A stretch of 64,000 bases of DNA from Podarcis tiliguerta. Taxonomy: Eukaryota. A program made the translations under genes and the position numbers. The stretch is from the NCBI GenBank assembly GCA_965153285.1, contig OZ229115.1; one strand, 5' to 3'. This document shows positions 25,770 to 38,245 of this stretch, piece by piece; the first letter of the stretch is position 1; each line of letters begins with the position of its first letter. The notes below the pieces were generated by a model. That model worked only from the letters and a program-made list of their open reading frames with translations. It was not told the DNA's origin and did not search any database.

Positions 25770-27589
25770 TGTGATGTTAGTTGGCTTTGTGTGTACCAGT
25801 TGCATAAATGTGTTCCAGATTAGGTTTGTCTCTACATAGACACCTTATAGTCTATGTTCATTGTGATGATGTCACTTCATTCCAAGAGATTAAAGCCCAC
25901 TAATGTTACCCTTGGGATATTTATGTTGGAGAATGTGCCCTATGAGAAATTGATGTTTTATAGCTTTTGAAGGCAAAAAGAGAGCAAGTGCTTAGCTATT
26001 TGTTCCTTATGCCGGTAGAGGGCACTGCTGCTATATATTATTGCATTTGGAATCCGTGATGACAAGTTGAAACCTGTGAAAAATTGCATAGAGCAGTTGG
26101 GGAGTGGGCTTGCGGCCCTTGCTATAAAGTTGTTGGAGCCTTCCTATTCCCTTCTGTTAGTTTGAAAGTGGATCTAGAAAGCTGTCTTGGACATTGTGTG
26201 ACTGAGCTTTCTAGTCTTCTAAGGGAGGCTCCCCTTTGAAGGGACATAAATAGCTTTTGTGAGGATGGGTAGACTTCTGGTAGCTGTAAGGGCTTGATGT
26301 GCTAGAGTAAGCCAAACCCTCAAGCCTCTGTACTTGCTACATTTGCTCGTTAGAATTGTATCTTGCTTGTGCCCACTTCTCTTTATTCTTGTCTTTTTAT
26401 GTGCCACTAATATGCCTCCTGTGCACACCAGTAGAGGCATAGTAAGCAAGTGGAATCGTGCAGTTCCCACCCCAATGCATTAGTGCAATTTCAAATAATG
26501 CTCAAATTAAGAGTGAAACCCCCGGTTGCAAGGCTCTGTATTCGGGGTTGAATCACCAGATGCTCTAACATGTACTGTCAGGCATCTTTTTGTTTTGAGA
26601 AATGAACAATCCTCTACCTGTTTATTCAGAAGAAATATCATAGGTTTTAAAGGGGCTTACTTTTAGGTAAACGGGTACAGGATTGTAGCCTTAGTCAATA
26701 ATGTTTGTTTCATAATTTGAAAATAGTGTAAGGGATAATGAATATGCTTATAGATTTAGATTCCCGCAAACTGTCAACATATTCAAAAGAAGCATTTGGA
26801 AATATTAATTCAGTATTCCATTTGATCTTAATGCTCAGTTTTTATATTCCCACACCTAGCAGAATTATCTGTTGTTTCTCTCCTTCTTTCTCTCCTTTTT
26901 TTAAAAAATTAAAATATACATTTAGAACTACATTCTGCCCAACATTACTGTCAGTGAAGAGCAGTATATCTTTGTCACACATGCCCCCAAAGGGATGCTT
27001 TCCATAAGAGATTCCCTTTCAGCCTTGAGCTGACTTGGAAATCTTTTAACTACAGAAACTTTTCAATGAAAATTGAATTGAAGAGGGAAGGCAGCTGCCT
27101 CATAATACCAAGATTAATAAAATAACTGCTGCCATTTATGAGGTGCTCTGGTACTGGAAATAGCCCAGTAAACCAACATAACTGTAAGCTTTCCAATCCC
27201 ATGAGAGCATGATACCTTGACTCTATGCCTGACATTAACAGGTGGGTGGAAATATTCCAAGAAGTGGTTGGGTGGAAATGACAGATACCTTCTCAGGTCT
27301 GCCTTTTCCCAGGGTTTGAGCAAGAATTCATGGCTAAACTGTGTGGGCAGCTCCTATTTCTGAAGGGTTATTCATGAGAGGTTTAGTGACAGGTTTGACT
27401 AGAGGAATGGAAGTGTTATTTATACTGAATCACAAGAGATGCTCTGTGAAGGTGTATGGTCAAATAAACAATACAGAACTCTCAATTCTTGCAGGGCATT
27501 CATGGTTTTACTGAGCTTCTTCTGTGACCTCAAACATCTCTTAGTTCATTTGTGATGAATATGTATGTGTGTTTGTACACACACTTATT

Positions 27590-27850
27590 CATTTATAAGA
27601 TTTCTTACCTACCCTTCACCATAAAGTCCTAAGGTGGGTGACAGCACTCAGATATACAATTATAGAACCAAAGAAAACCACCACAATTATAAAATACATA
27701 AAACCATTCAAATATGGAATGGAAGAGTATAAATTCTGCAAGAGAGGTAGGCACCACAAAACAAAATAACTTAACTGTCAAATGCAAGAGTAATGATTTG
27801 CAGCTTCAGCTTTCAACATTCTGTGCGTTGAAGATGCTAGATGCATATAC
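27590..27850 (-). mobile_element. L2 3' end fragment
   Basis: tttcttacctacccttcacc...aaggtgggtgacagca followed by an A-rich tract. Confidence 0.5.
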
Positions 27851-30259
27851 ATGTGTGACCTTTCAGTAAGTGGGTGGGACCAACAAACCTGTCAAATGTC
27901 TTTCCTGTGAAGATCTCATGCTCAGTTTGCCTATAAGCCTCATGCTATTGCAAATCTCTGCTGGAACAGAACACCCTATTAATATACTGTTGATTGGATA
28001 GATGGTGGTTGCTACCAAGTGAAGCTGACACTTCCCCCTGCTTATTGGGGCTTATACAGGAACTCTGCAACATGAACAGCTGATGTAGAAGAGACTTGGT
28101 GACTTACCGCAGGGCTTCCAGATATTTGTTGCTAATCCTCATGGTACTCTGATCAGATAAAACATTTCTCTGCATTTACACTTCTGGATGACATAGGATG
28201 TTATTCTTCTCATTAGATCATGTATTTCCCAAGTGCTAATTTGAAAGGCCACATTGTGGTTTGGTTTTCATACTCAGTACGGTGCAAGGAATGTGGTTCT
28301 TTTTGAAAATGTTCCAGCTCTATTTGTCTAGGGCTGGAGTACTTTGCTTCCTTGTCATCTGCTCTTGTTTAATAGTCTCACAGCCATGCTGCTTACAGAG
28401 CTGACTGGTAACTCGCAGAGCTTGGTCTCTGGCTTTTTTAAAATGTCCAAACTTTTCCCATGAAGCAGATCCTTTTCTGCTCTGAGATCATGCTCCCATT
28501 TGTGGGAATTTTCTTTCATTTGAGTTTCTTGGCCTCTTGTCAGAGCTGCAGTGGGCTTGCTTAGTTTTTCAGTTTGGAGGCTTTCAAACCAAGTATCTCT
28601 GTCAAACGACCCTTAAGCCAAGGAGGACAGCTCTGACCCTGAACTTTAGCCCTGAACTGCGGCTTTTTTATTCCTAAAATGCAAGTGTCTTGATTTGTGG
28701 ATCTGTTTTTACTTTATTATTTATTACTCTATAGGTCACAGGGTTTATGGAAGCACAAGTCTAATCTGTTTGTAATTTTTAGTTTAGAAATATTGCATGC
28801 TGCTTTTGGTCTCTGTATGTCATGCCTTTTTTCCCCCTGCAAAGTATGTTCACTCCCAGCTTGGGGCAATGATCATGTAAGGCAGCGGAGGGCCAGGAAC
28901 ATCTTACAACTTGCAGTTCAAAGTTACAGCTGTTGTGAGTCAGCCAGCCAAGGCCTGCATCCATGAGGGCAATAGTAGAAAACCAAAGGCATTGACTGGA
29001 TCTGTTCAGTGTCAGCTTTCATTGACTAAATGTCTTGTTGAAGCCCTTGTAATGAAGAGAGAAGTGGGGCACTGCCACTTCATACAGAAAGGGTGTCTGG
29101 GAGAGCTCTTAGTCACCAGATAGTTTAGTTTATCTCCCCTGTTTCGCTCTTCTTTCTTGTGCTTCAGTCTTGCTTGCTGCTTGTTCATATTGTCAGTGGA
29201 ATTGAGACAGGCAAGCTTTATCTGTGTAAAGCTGTCAAGAATGAAATCGCTGACAATTCTCTAGGCAGCCGAGCCAGAAGATTTTACGTTTTGGGAGATT
29301 TTGGCTGCAAAATTCCTTTCTGAGAAACTGAGAAGCATTGTTGCCTTTATGGGAAGAACGTTCATTTGAGAGATGCCTGGCATTGTCAAAGTTTAAGGAA
29401 AATCTTCCTTGATTCATAGGGGACTATTAAATTTGGGATAAACATTACTATTTTAAGAGGTTAACATTTGATCTGCTCTTGTACTTGACAAAGGGATCTA
29501 ATGATTTCACATCTCCTCTTTGGGCATATATATATAAGAAATCTGTAATACACATATGCAACATGCACATTTGCATGTTTATTTAATTTGCCTTCACTCC
29601 TTGTGCTTTCTTTCCTCACCTTTTACAGTTCACAGAATCACATATTTTATATCTACATAACTTGCAACTATTGCTTACATTTCAAAAACTAGTTACAAAC
29701 CATTTGTGATTCTGCATAAACCTGGTTTGGAATAATTGCCATGAGTATTCAACGAATTTAAAAAATATTTCATTGAACAATAAAAACAGTTGCAAGATGG
29801 TTCTTTACTTCATTCGCAAGGGTCGTAGGAAGCCCAGGCCTTACCAACTGAATTGACTGAGCATCTTTTGGCTTCTGGAACACACACCAATAAACAGTTA
29901 AAATTTTTGTTCTTTATCAGCCAGTTTGAGATGCAATATCTCAGTGAATCCTCTCCGTTTACCTGTATATTATTTCAGGCAAAGATGGAATGAATGAACC
30001 AGGCTGTACAGGGAACTTAAAAAAGAAAGAAAGAACGAGTTCTCACATATGTATGTTTGTGTGTGCAGATGTAGGCATGACCCGTGTATCTCACTATGTG
30101 GGAAGAGCATCATGTGGTAACTATAAGAGATGTATTTTGCTAGATGACAGTTCTTGGATTTTGAGAAATGAGTTTTTAAACTCTGAATTTTAAAACTCTG
30201 TGGATTCAAAAACCTTTTTAAAAAATGGGACAATATGAGTTTTCATGCTTTCTGTAGAG

Positions 30260-30515
30260 CATGGGTAGGCAAACTAAGGCCCGGGGGCTGGATCCAGCCC
30301 AATTGCCTTCTAAATCCTGCCCGCAGAAGGTCCAGGAATCAGCATGTTTTTACATGAGTAGAATGTGTCCTTTTATTTAAAATGCATCTCTGGGTTATTT
30401 GTGGGGCCTGCCTGGTGTTTTTACATGAGTAGAAGGTGTGCTTTTATTTAAAATGCATCTCTGGGTTGCCAGACCAGTGGACCGGCTCCCTGCTGAAAAA
30501 GTTTGCTGACCCCTG
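30260..30515. mobile_element. hAT (Charlie-type) MITE with an internal tandem repeat
   Basis: TIRs catgggtaggcaaact / agtttgctgacccctg; 8-bp TSD ctgtagag (30252-30259) / ctttagag (30516-30523); 52-bp internal repeat at 30345-30396 and 30416-30467. Confidence 0.9.
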
Positions 30516-31188
30516 CTTTAGAGCCTTCAGGGTCTACTTGGATGGCTGCCATCTTTTGTTGGCGAAGCAGTTTTGTGAGCTTGAAAAAACCTGGTGTTGT
30601 GTTTTTTTTGCAGGGGTTACCCTTCAAAGGAAGCTTTCTGTTTCCAAGTAAGGAACATGCTAGAAAAGCTTTCACCAATCTCACAGTGTCTATGTGCGTG
30701 TGAGTGTACACAGTAAATTTAGGTTGAAGCAACTCTGCATCTTTATAAACTTAATGACTCCCATCTTTCAATGCATTTTTAACATAAAAGAATTGCTTTA
30801 GGTACATATGCTTCTCAGTTGGGCCTCACAGGCGCACCTCCAACTTTTGTGGTCCATGGGGGTAATTTAGTGAAACACACACAGAGTAAGACTTTGTAAA
30901 GCAATCTCATTTTAAGGAGGTAGTTTATTAAAGTAGAAAATCCAGAATTTATTGGAAATGCTTTTTACAATCAGATGTTTCCGGCTGCTGGATCCTGTTG
31001 CTGCTTTCCTTCAGTAAAGGGAATAAAAACGCACCATGGGCCCCTTTCTTCTGTCAGTTTGGACAGGCAACCTGACTGAGGCTCAGTCCATAAGTTAACT
31101 TGCTAGTAGCTTCCAGTCCCCCTGTTTCAATTCTGCCATGTCCCTCTTTTCAAAAACATAATACATGGTATACTTCAGTGGGTTTTTT

Positions 31189-31198
31189 GAGTGAGTGA

Positions 31199-31244
<46 letters not shown>
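31189..31244. repeat. (GT)n(GA)n microsatellite
   Basis: Seen directly. Confidence 0.95.
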
Positions 31245-32316
31245 ACACACAGAGCACTGGATTGTCTCAGCAGGCCCTATCCTCATAAACAGAACAGATC
31301 CTGTGAGTGTATAGTTTGTATGTATGTAGAATCTGGCAGGGATTGCTCTCCAATATCTGTACTAGCATGGTTTGCTACCTGATTATGTTGCCTCAAAAGG
31401 GCTGTTGTTACTGCACCTTTGCAGAGTTGTCACTGCAGTTTGTAAGTCACATTCCTGAGCGCTGCAGAAGTATGGCTGATGGAATACTTGGAAAGGTTTT
31501 ATTTGTATCTGCACATCGTGTGGCTGCTTGTGCTTTTGTAAGTTTTATGTAACGTGGAATAGAGCAATTGGAATTGAATGAACTTTGGACCATACCTGAG
31601 CAAATGATTAAAGTATCTACATCCCTGTTAGATGTTAAGACTCTCTTAACAGGTTGCCTTTTTATTTCTCTTGAAAGCAGAGTACTATGAACAGTAGAAT
31701 AAATAAAGGAACAGTTCCACCTGATGACAATGTGAATAAATAATTTTGTAGCATGTGTTTCAGTGCAGTTGGCAGCATTCAGTTCATTTTGAACAAAGGT
31801 CCATAAATGTGGTAATAGCTCTGGAGGAGGTGTGGGTGACTGCCAAAAAGCCCTGAGTGGTTGATGCAGGGCATTCATAGTCCAGACAAATAGGAAGCAC
31901 CAAAGCAAGACAGGATGCTCAGTAGTTGATAGAATTCCACTTTATTATTATTTTCAGATATGAATCTGAACAAGGGTCCTGAAACTGATGAGCGCAGTCC
32001 ACTGACTGGCTGGGTGCTTTTGTGTGGGTGTGTATTGAGCAACCCCAAATTGGCTCTAAGCCTGGGAACAAGAAGAATAAGCCTTCCTTGTGAACTGTTA
32101 GTAGCTAGAGCAGTTCCTCATAGCTCCTACTATTGGAGTGGGGGAAGAAAAGGGGTAATGTATATATGGTGTGGTGTCCCCATGCAATTTTAATAGGAAG
32201 TGGTTATATTAGGCTGCAGGGACCAGTGAAGTGGACAAAGCTACCTCTTGACAGATTACTGCATACATTTTCTTGCCTATCCTCTAATGACCATATTTAC
32301 TACCAGCTAGCTTACT

Positions 32317-32364
32317 ATGTGTGTGTGTGTGTGTGTGTGCGCGCACGCACGCACGTGTGTGTGT
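32317..32364. repeat. (TG)n/(CG)n alternating purine-pyrimidine tract
   Basis: Seen directly. Confidence 0.9.
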
Positions 32365-34710
32365 TTATCCTTTTAATAGTGGGGTGTCAGTGAATGGATA
32401 AAATATTGTGGTCCTATTGCTGCAAAAGAAACAAAACATTCATGGAACATTGTTACATGTGATTTTGACAAATGTATTCTGAGGGACTCAAATTTCAGAT
32501 TGGAAAAGCAGACTTAATAAAGACTTTTAACAGCAATCTCAATATTCAATTTTCTCAGTGTGTTCAGGAATTAACTGTTGCTAGTTGGATGTTTGCTTTT
32601 CATTATTTTCCATATCAACTGCCAGCAGATTATTTGGAAAGGACCATATTTCAGTAGACCTTTGTTTCAGGTTACTTAATCAATGATGTATGCAGAATTA
32701 GTTCTGTGTGAAGGAGGAGTTTCTCTGATCAACACATTTGCACAATAATACATAAGTAACTTCTAGAAATTAACAACTAGAATTCTTCCTAATGTTCTCA
32801 CTTGTGAATTAAAGCTTTATTTTGTGCTTCTAATAATGCCTTGTTTGGTGTAACACAGTTAAAAAGCTGTGTGTATGCATATGCGTTTCCTGTATATGCT
32901 TCAATCTTAGTATTTCTGTGAACTAAATCCAATTTGGAATGGAGAAGGGAATCTGGCAGTAGACTTAGTATTGACTGTGTGAAATAGCAGGGCACTGTTC
33001 CAGGAAGCAACACATCATGTGTTAATCATGCTTTTTAAAGAATTTATTCACAGATAATGGTGTGTGTATAGGAGTTCTAGGAATAGCCACAATCTAGTTA
33101 ATGTTGTTGTGTCAAGTGGGCTTTACGTCTACATTATATGCATGATAGATGTTGACACTACAGAAAGTATTACTTCATTGAGTTTGTGAATTACAATGTG
33201 AGGTTGGAGAAACTACCTTTATCAGTAGGAGCTACTAGCTGGAATTTTGTTCTTTGATCTTGTGATCTTATTTTTGAGATGGAATCAAAATATTGAACAC
33301 CTTACATAACACTGGCCCGATTTGCATGCAACAAACTTTGGTTTAGTGTGAATGAGCAAATGTGTGGACTCCCAGATCGAAGATTGTGCTCCTCCTTTGG
33401 TCCTCCTGCTGCTACACTATCTGGGGCTAAGCCATGGTTTGGCTCTGCATTAGGTGAGTGTACCAGTTTTGATAATACATTTCTTCATTGTTGTCCAGTG
33501 TGTACACTTCTTTAAAGGAGCCACCAGATTGGTGTTGGTCCATCACTATATTTGGCTTGGAATTACCTGCGGTATGTAATACAAAAACTGCATCAATCTT
33601 TTATTAAACTTCAAGTATCTCTGTGGGGCCTGTGGTTTATTTTGTGATTCTCAGAACTCTTTCCAATACAGCATACAATCTGTACATACAAGTCTAAACC
33701 TTCGGAATAAAAATGGTTTATTGCTAAACATGATTCTGCTGAAATCATTATTCCTTTGGACACAGAATATGTCCAAATGGCTTGAGGGATATTGCAAGGA
33801 AAAAGAAAGTGGGAAATGAGTATTATAAAACATAGAATATATTGGGATCTAAGTCAAACTTGGGAAAATTCACATAATAAAAGTGTCCATCCCTTCCCTC
33901 CCAGCTTCTATCCACTGTTGTTGTGGGTTCCTTCTGGTTTTAGGTTTCACCATGTTGCTTGCCCTTTTTTGGAAATAGGGAATGATGAATGATCTTGAAT
34001 TTTATCAGCTGAATTCTGTATCTGTCAACTGGCTTCCACAATCTTTCTCTCCATGATCTCTCTATTACATTGTGAAGTTAAACCATGGGCAGTGTTGAAA
34101 CAAAACGTCCTTAGACTCAAGAGGCCATATAATTCCAGTAGTGATTTTAAACAGCTATGCTTGTGGTGGCATTTGCTCTTAATGCACATGTTATTTCTAA
34201 CATTGTCCTTGCTTCTCTTTCATATGTATTAGATACCTTCTTCTACTCACATGATGGAATGTAGCACTTGGGTATTCTATGACACAGTAATTTGCTAACC
34301 TGTTTGACTAGTGCACTTCATTCTCTCTGTCACAACATAGGAATAACTCAGAAAAGAAACTGCAAGACATTTGAATAATAATTATGAGGCATTAGTAGCC
34401 CCTCAAAGGCAGCATGAAGCTTGCTCCCGCCTGAATTTCTGCTGTGGGACAAAAATTAGGTTCTTTTAGGACTGCTTACCCCCTTCCTGGAAGGAATATA
34501 ATTCTGGGCCAGAAGTATTTTTAATGTTTCACTCCAGTGTGATTGATCAGCTGCACATGTAGCACAAAAAAATGCCGTGGTTAGAGTTTCTTTGCTGAAT
34601 GTGTAGCCAGTACACTGATTTTATTGAGGAAGAGGAAATAGGAGCCTCTTGTAAACAAGTAATGGATTTATATGACAAGGGAAAAATGAACTTGTACTCT
34701 TGTGTTACAG

Positions 34711-34758
34711 ATTCAGTGGTTCTTTCCTCTGACTCCGTTGGACGTTCAATAGGCTCAG
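34711..34758 (+). CDS. ST3GAL3: ST3GAL3 48-nt stem exon
   Basis: tgtgttacag| acceptor; reads (N)SVVLSSDSVGRSIGS vs human NSVVLSFDSAGQTLGS; donor CAG|gtacaa; phase 1 to 1. Confidence 0.95.
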
Positions 34759-35097
34759 GTACAACAATCCCTCCCCCTCCCTTCCCCCTCTCATAAAAAG
34801 ACTGCCATTTAATTTATCTGTGACAGCCATGTTGGGAGGCAGAGAAGAGGCTGTCAAGCCTAGTTCAGGATTACCCTTCAAAGTAGCCCTGGAAAGAAAT
34901 CTAGCAGATGAACTCTCTGTCTTCAAAAGGGAATTACTTAAAATTACTTTGTGTGCCATGGCAACTCAAAGCCACTTAGAGTGGAACTGCTTGTTTCCTT
35001 GTGTTGCATTTTTAGTGCTTCAGTTGTGAATTTGACTAAGCATTTGTTCTAAGTGGCGGACACATAAGATGCAGGGTGATACTATAGGACTTTATTA

Positions 35098-35233
35098 CAG
35101 GGATAGGGAGCCTGCTGCCTCTGGATATTACTGGACTTCAGCTTCCATTAGCCCTATCTAGCATGATCAATGGTCAGAGATGATGGAAGTTTAGTTCAAC
35201 AAAATCTCGAGTGCCACAGATTCCCCATTCCTG
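35098..35233. mobile_element. 136-bp palindromic hAT MITE, older copy
   Basis: TIRs cagggataggga / tccccattcctg; TSD ctttatta / ctttattg; same length and layout as 46404-46539. Confidence 0.8.
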
Positions 35234-37329
35234 CTTTATTGTGTTCCTTGCCACATCTCCACATTCCTCAAATCAGATGACCTGTTGATTTCACAACGGA
35301 TCCACATTGCACAAATGGTATTCCTCCATTCCCAGATGATATCCTGCCTTATCACGCCATTTGGTGGAAATGCTGGATATAAATTTAACTAATGATAATG
35401 ATATTTTTTTCTAGGCAGAGGGTTTAGTTGCGCCTAATGTATAAATACACATGCACATCTTACCACCACCCCAACCATACAGTGCTTTGTACACTAATGG
35501 GAGAAAAATACTCTTCCAAAAGAGAGTTCAGTTAAATAGATCACTTCTTCATTTTTGGGAAGAAATCCTGTTGAGGAATCTGTTCAGGAGGGAAAATGAA
35601 GGTATGCAAAGTTTTAAATGTGGAGTTTTAGCAATGTTTGTTGAGACACACGGAGTTTATGAGCCAGGGAGAAACTTCATTTTGCTTCTCGATTGTGACT
35701 GAACTTTATAATCTTACAAATTGGAGCCTAAAAACAAATTCTGTCCCTTGGGCCACTTCAGGTCACCTATGAACCAGCACTGCATAGATTGTACCTTTGG
35801 AGTGCTATTACTAGGATGAATCAGTGTTCTGGCTCATAGCTTTCTACCACAACACAAGTTCGGATATTCTGTTAAGGGCACGTACTCTGCAATGTGCGTT
35901 TCTGGAAGAGGAAGGGTAGGAAATTTCTCATTGTCCAGATTTTGTTGCAGTCCTAAAGAGGTGTGATGCCCCCAATAAAAGAAGCTTTGTTCCCCTCCCC
36001 TTTAAAAACTAGCCTCGTCCCACCCTTTCCCATTAAAAGCTGCTTTTAGGATTTCTAATTGTACTCTGGGAAGAATGTTTGCTGCCTTCCAACATGGTCC
36101 CAGGCTCCTTCCTGCACAATAATCAAGCACAGCTTGCTGCCTAACACTAATAGCAAAGCCTTGTCGAAAGGGTGCTGAGTTACTAACCTCAGATGGGGGT
36201 CTTTTAAAAAGCACAGGCTGCTTCCTGCTCTTCTTGCTTCATTCTTGAGAATGTGATCCTAAAGGCTGGTTGGGCAAGGGTGCATGATCTTGCTCACAGA
36301 TTGCCCAGCTTTGCTTGAAGAAGGGAAATATCATTAAGTTTTAAAGAGATCCAATTGAGTACTTGCAGATACTGTTGCACTAGTATCTCTGTGTGGGGCA
36401 AACATCATGAGGTGTTAGAAGACAATAAAAAAAGGGGGTGGGGATCAGTTCCTCTGTCTGCCTCAACAAAATTCCATTATTCAGTCTTTATACTAAAGTA
36501 GCCAGCCATGGAGAGAAAGCTTGGAAACATGTTACAGTTTGTTAAACAGCTGCATGTTAAAGTTATTTAATATTAAGAGCTTTGGCTTTTTTGTGCTTCG
36601 AGCTCTGCCTACTAGAGAAAAAGAAGCTATGTAATAAGTTTGAGTTGTGTGGTCTGTTGCTGGACTGAGGGATAGCTTTCCTTGTTAAAACAGGAAGGAG
36701 AGAGAGAAAATCCACATCTCTTGTGCCTCTGTCATCTCTCCCATCACATCTTGCTGCAAACCTGGGAACAGGCAAAGCTAAGAGAGAACCTGTCGCTATT
36801 CCACGCCCAACCATTCCTAGTAGGTACTGCTTCAGGTTGGGGAGAAAAAGGGGGGAAATCAAAGGATACACACACTAAAGAAAAAATATTATTCAAGGGT
36901 TGGAAACTTGCAATAGGTGACTTGGGAGTGGGTAGGTGCTTCCTCTGCTCATTGGGGCTCGGTTTGGATGATTTTAAAGTTAAATTCCAGCTGTGTAGTT
37001 TTCCAATTATATGAATACATAATAACTCTGAATTTGCTCATATTTCATGTTTACATCTATTTTTTCCTACCCTCATTTTCTGTTTTTACCTCTGATTGAT
37101 TCATAGATTCTAAACAACTGAAACCAGAAATTTCTGTGACTGTATGAAATCCCTTCTCCATTCATGACACCAGATGTTTTAAATGGGAAATTGCATTAAA
37201 CAACTTATAATGTCTTCTGTGTTCTTAAAAGTAAACTTAAAATAGGGGATCCGAGGGTGCATATTCATCTTGGAAAAAGACCTTTCTATCTGAAAAAACA
37301 CCTGTTTCCACATGAACCAATCCATGTGT

Positions 37330-37660
37330 TATGATATGCATCGGAGGCTCTTTACTAGCAGGCCGTACAATCAGAGATTAGGCAGGTAGCAACCACAGAA
37401 CTGTTACTTTCAGTGGTGCTGTCCTGGTTCTGGAATCTCTTGCTGTGACTGCTCACTTGGTACCTGTTGTGATAAGTTTCAGTGCCAAGACAAGTCCTTT
37501 TTATTTGCCCAGTCATTTAAATCGTTTTTAGCAGCTATTTTATTTTAATTTTTGTTTTACTCTGTTTTGTGTGACAATTTTTACAGGCACTATTTTTCTG
37601 TAGATTTTTATACACTGTTTTGAAAACTTTGTTTTAAAAGCTGCTTTGGAAAAAGTTGAA
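37330..37660 (+). mobile_element. L2 3' end fragment
   Basis: ttcagtggtgctg..ctggttctggaatctctt...aagtttcagtgccaag pattern and T-rich tail. Confidence 0.5.
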
Positions 37661-37767
37661 TTAATTAGCATGCATTTGGTTCAGTCACATGCAGGATACC
37701 GCATGCTTGCCCCAACCTGAAAAAAGAAATGTGATGCACCAGGGCCTTGACAAGGTGCCATATCTAT

Positions 37768-38245
37768 CAGCCTTCTTTCACCCTGGTTCACTCCAGATGT
37801 TTTGAACAGCAACTCCTATCATCCCTGACCATTGGCTGTGCTGACTGGGACTGAAGAGAGGTTGAGTGCAGTGGTTCCCAAACTTTATGCCCCTGCAGAT
37901 CACTTGACACTTGCTGTGGGTCTTAGTGGACCACTTAATTATTTTTCTGCCTGTGGTCACAGTTGTAATGAGCTATGCCAGATGCTGCATGATTTTTAAT
38001 TGCATATTTATTACTTCTTTTATTTTTCTATGGTGTCTTTTGCAGTAATACAACTGAATTCTATTGTTTAAGATTGTAATACGATTATATACAATATATA
38101 AGAAATAAACAATTAATTAAATGCAAGTAATATGAATATTTAATGTGATAGATGTGCTGCAGAACACTCAAATGAGGTTCATGAACCGTTGTTGGTCCAT
38201 GGTGTAATCCAAAACATCTGGAGAGTACCAGGTTGGAGAAGGATA
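37768..38245. mobile_element. Palindromic hAT MITE split by a second hAT element (37869-~38202)
   Basis: Host arms ctccagatgttttg... and ...ccaaaacatctggagagtaccaggttggagaagg. The insert starts with the Charlie-type TIR cagtggttcccaaact. Confidence 0.75.

Noticed and set aside
30345-30467. Direct repeats resembling a CRISPR repeat-spacer
   Set aside because: Only two units, inside a eukaryotic hAT MITE; no cas genes.
31958-32020. Candidate cassette exon after ttattttcag
   Set aside because: No convincing donor and no similarity to ST3GAL3.
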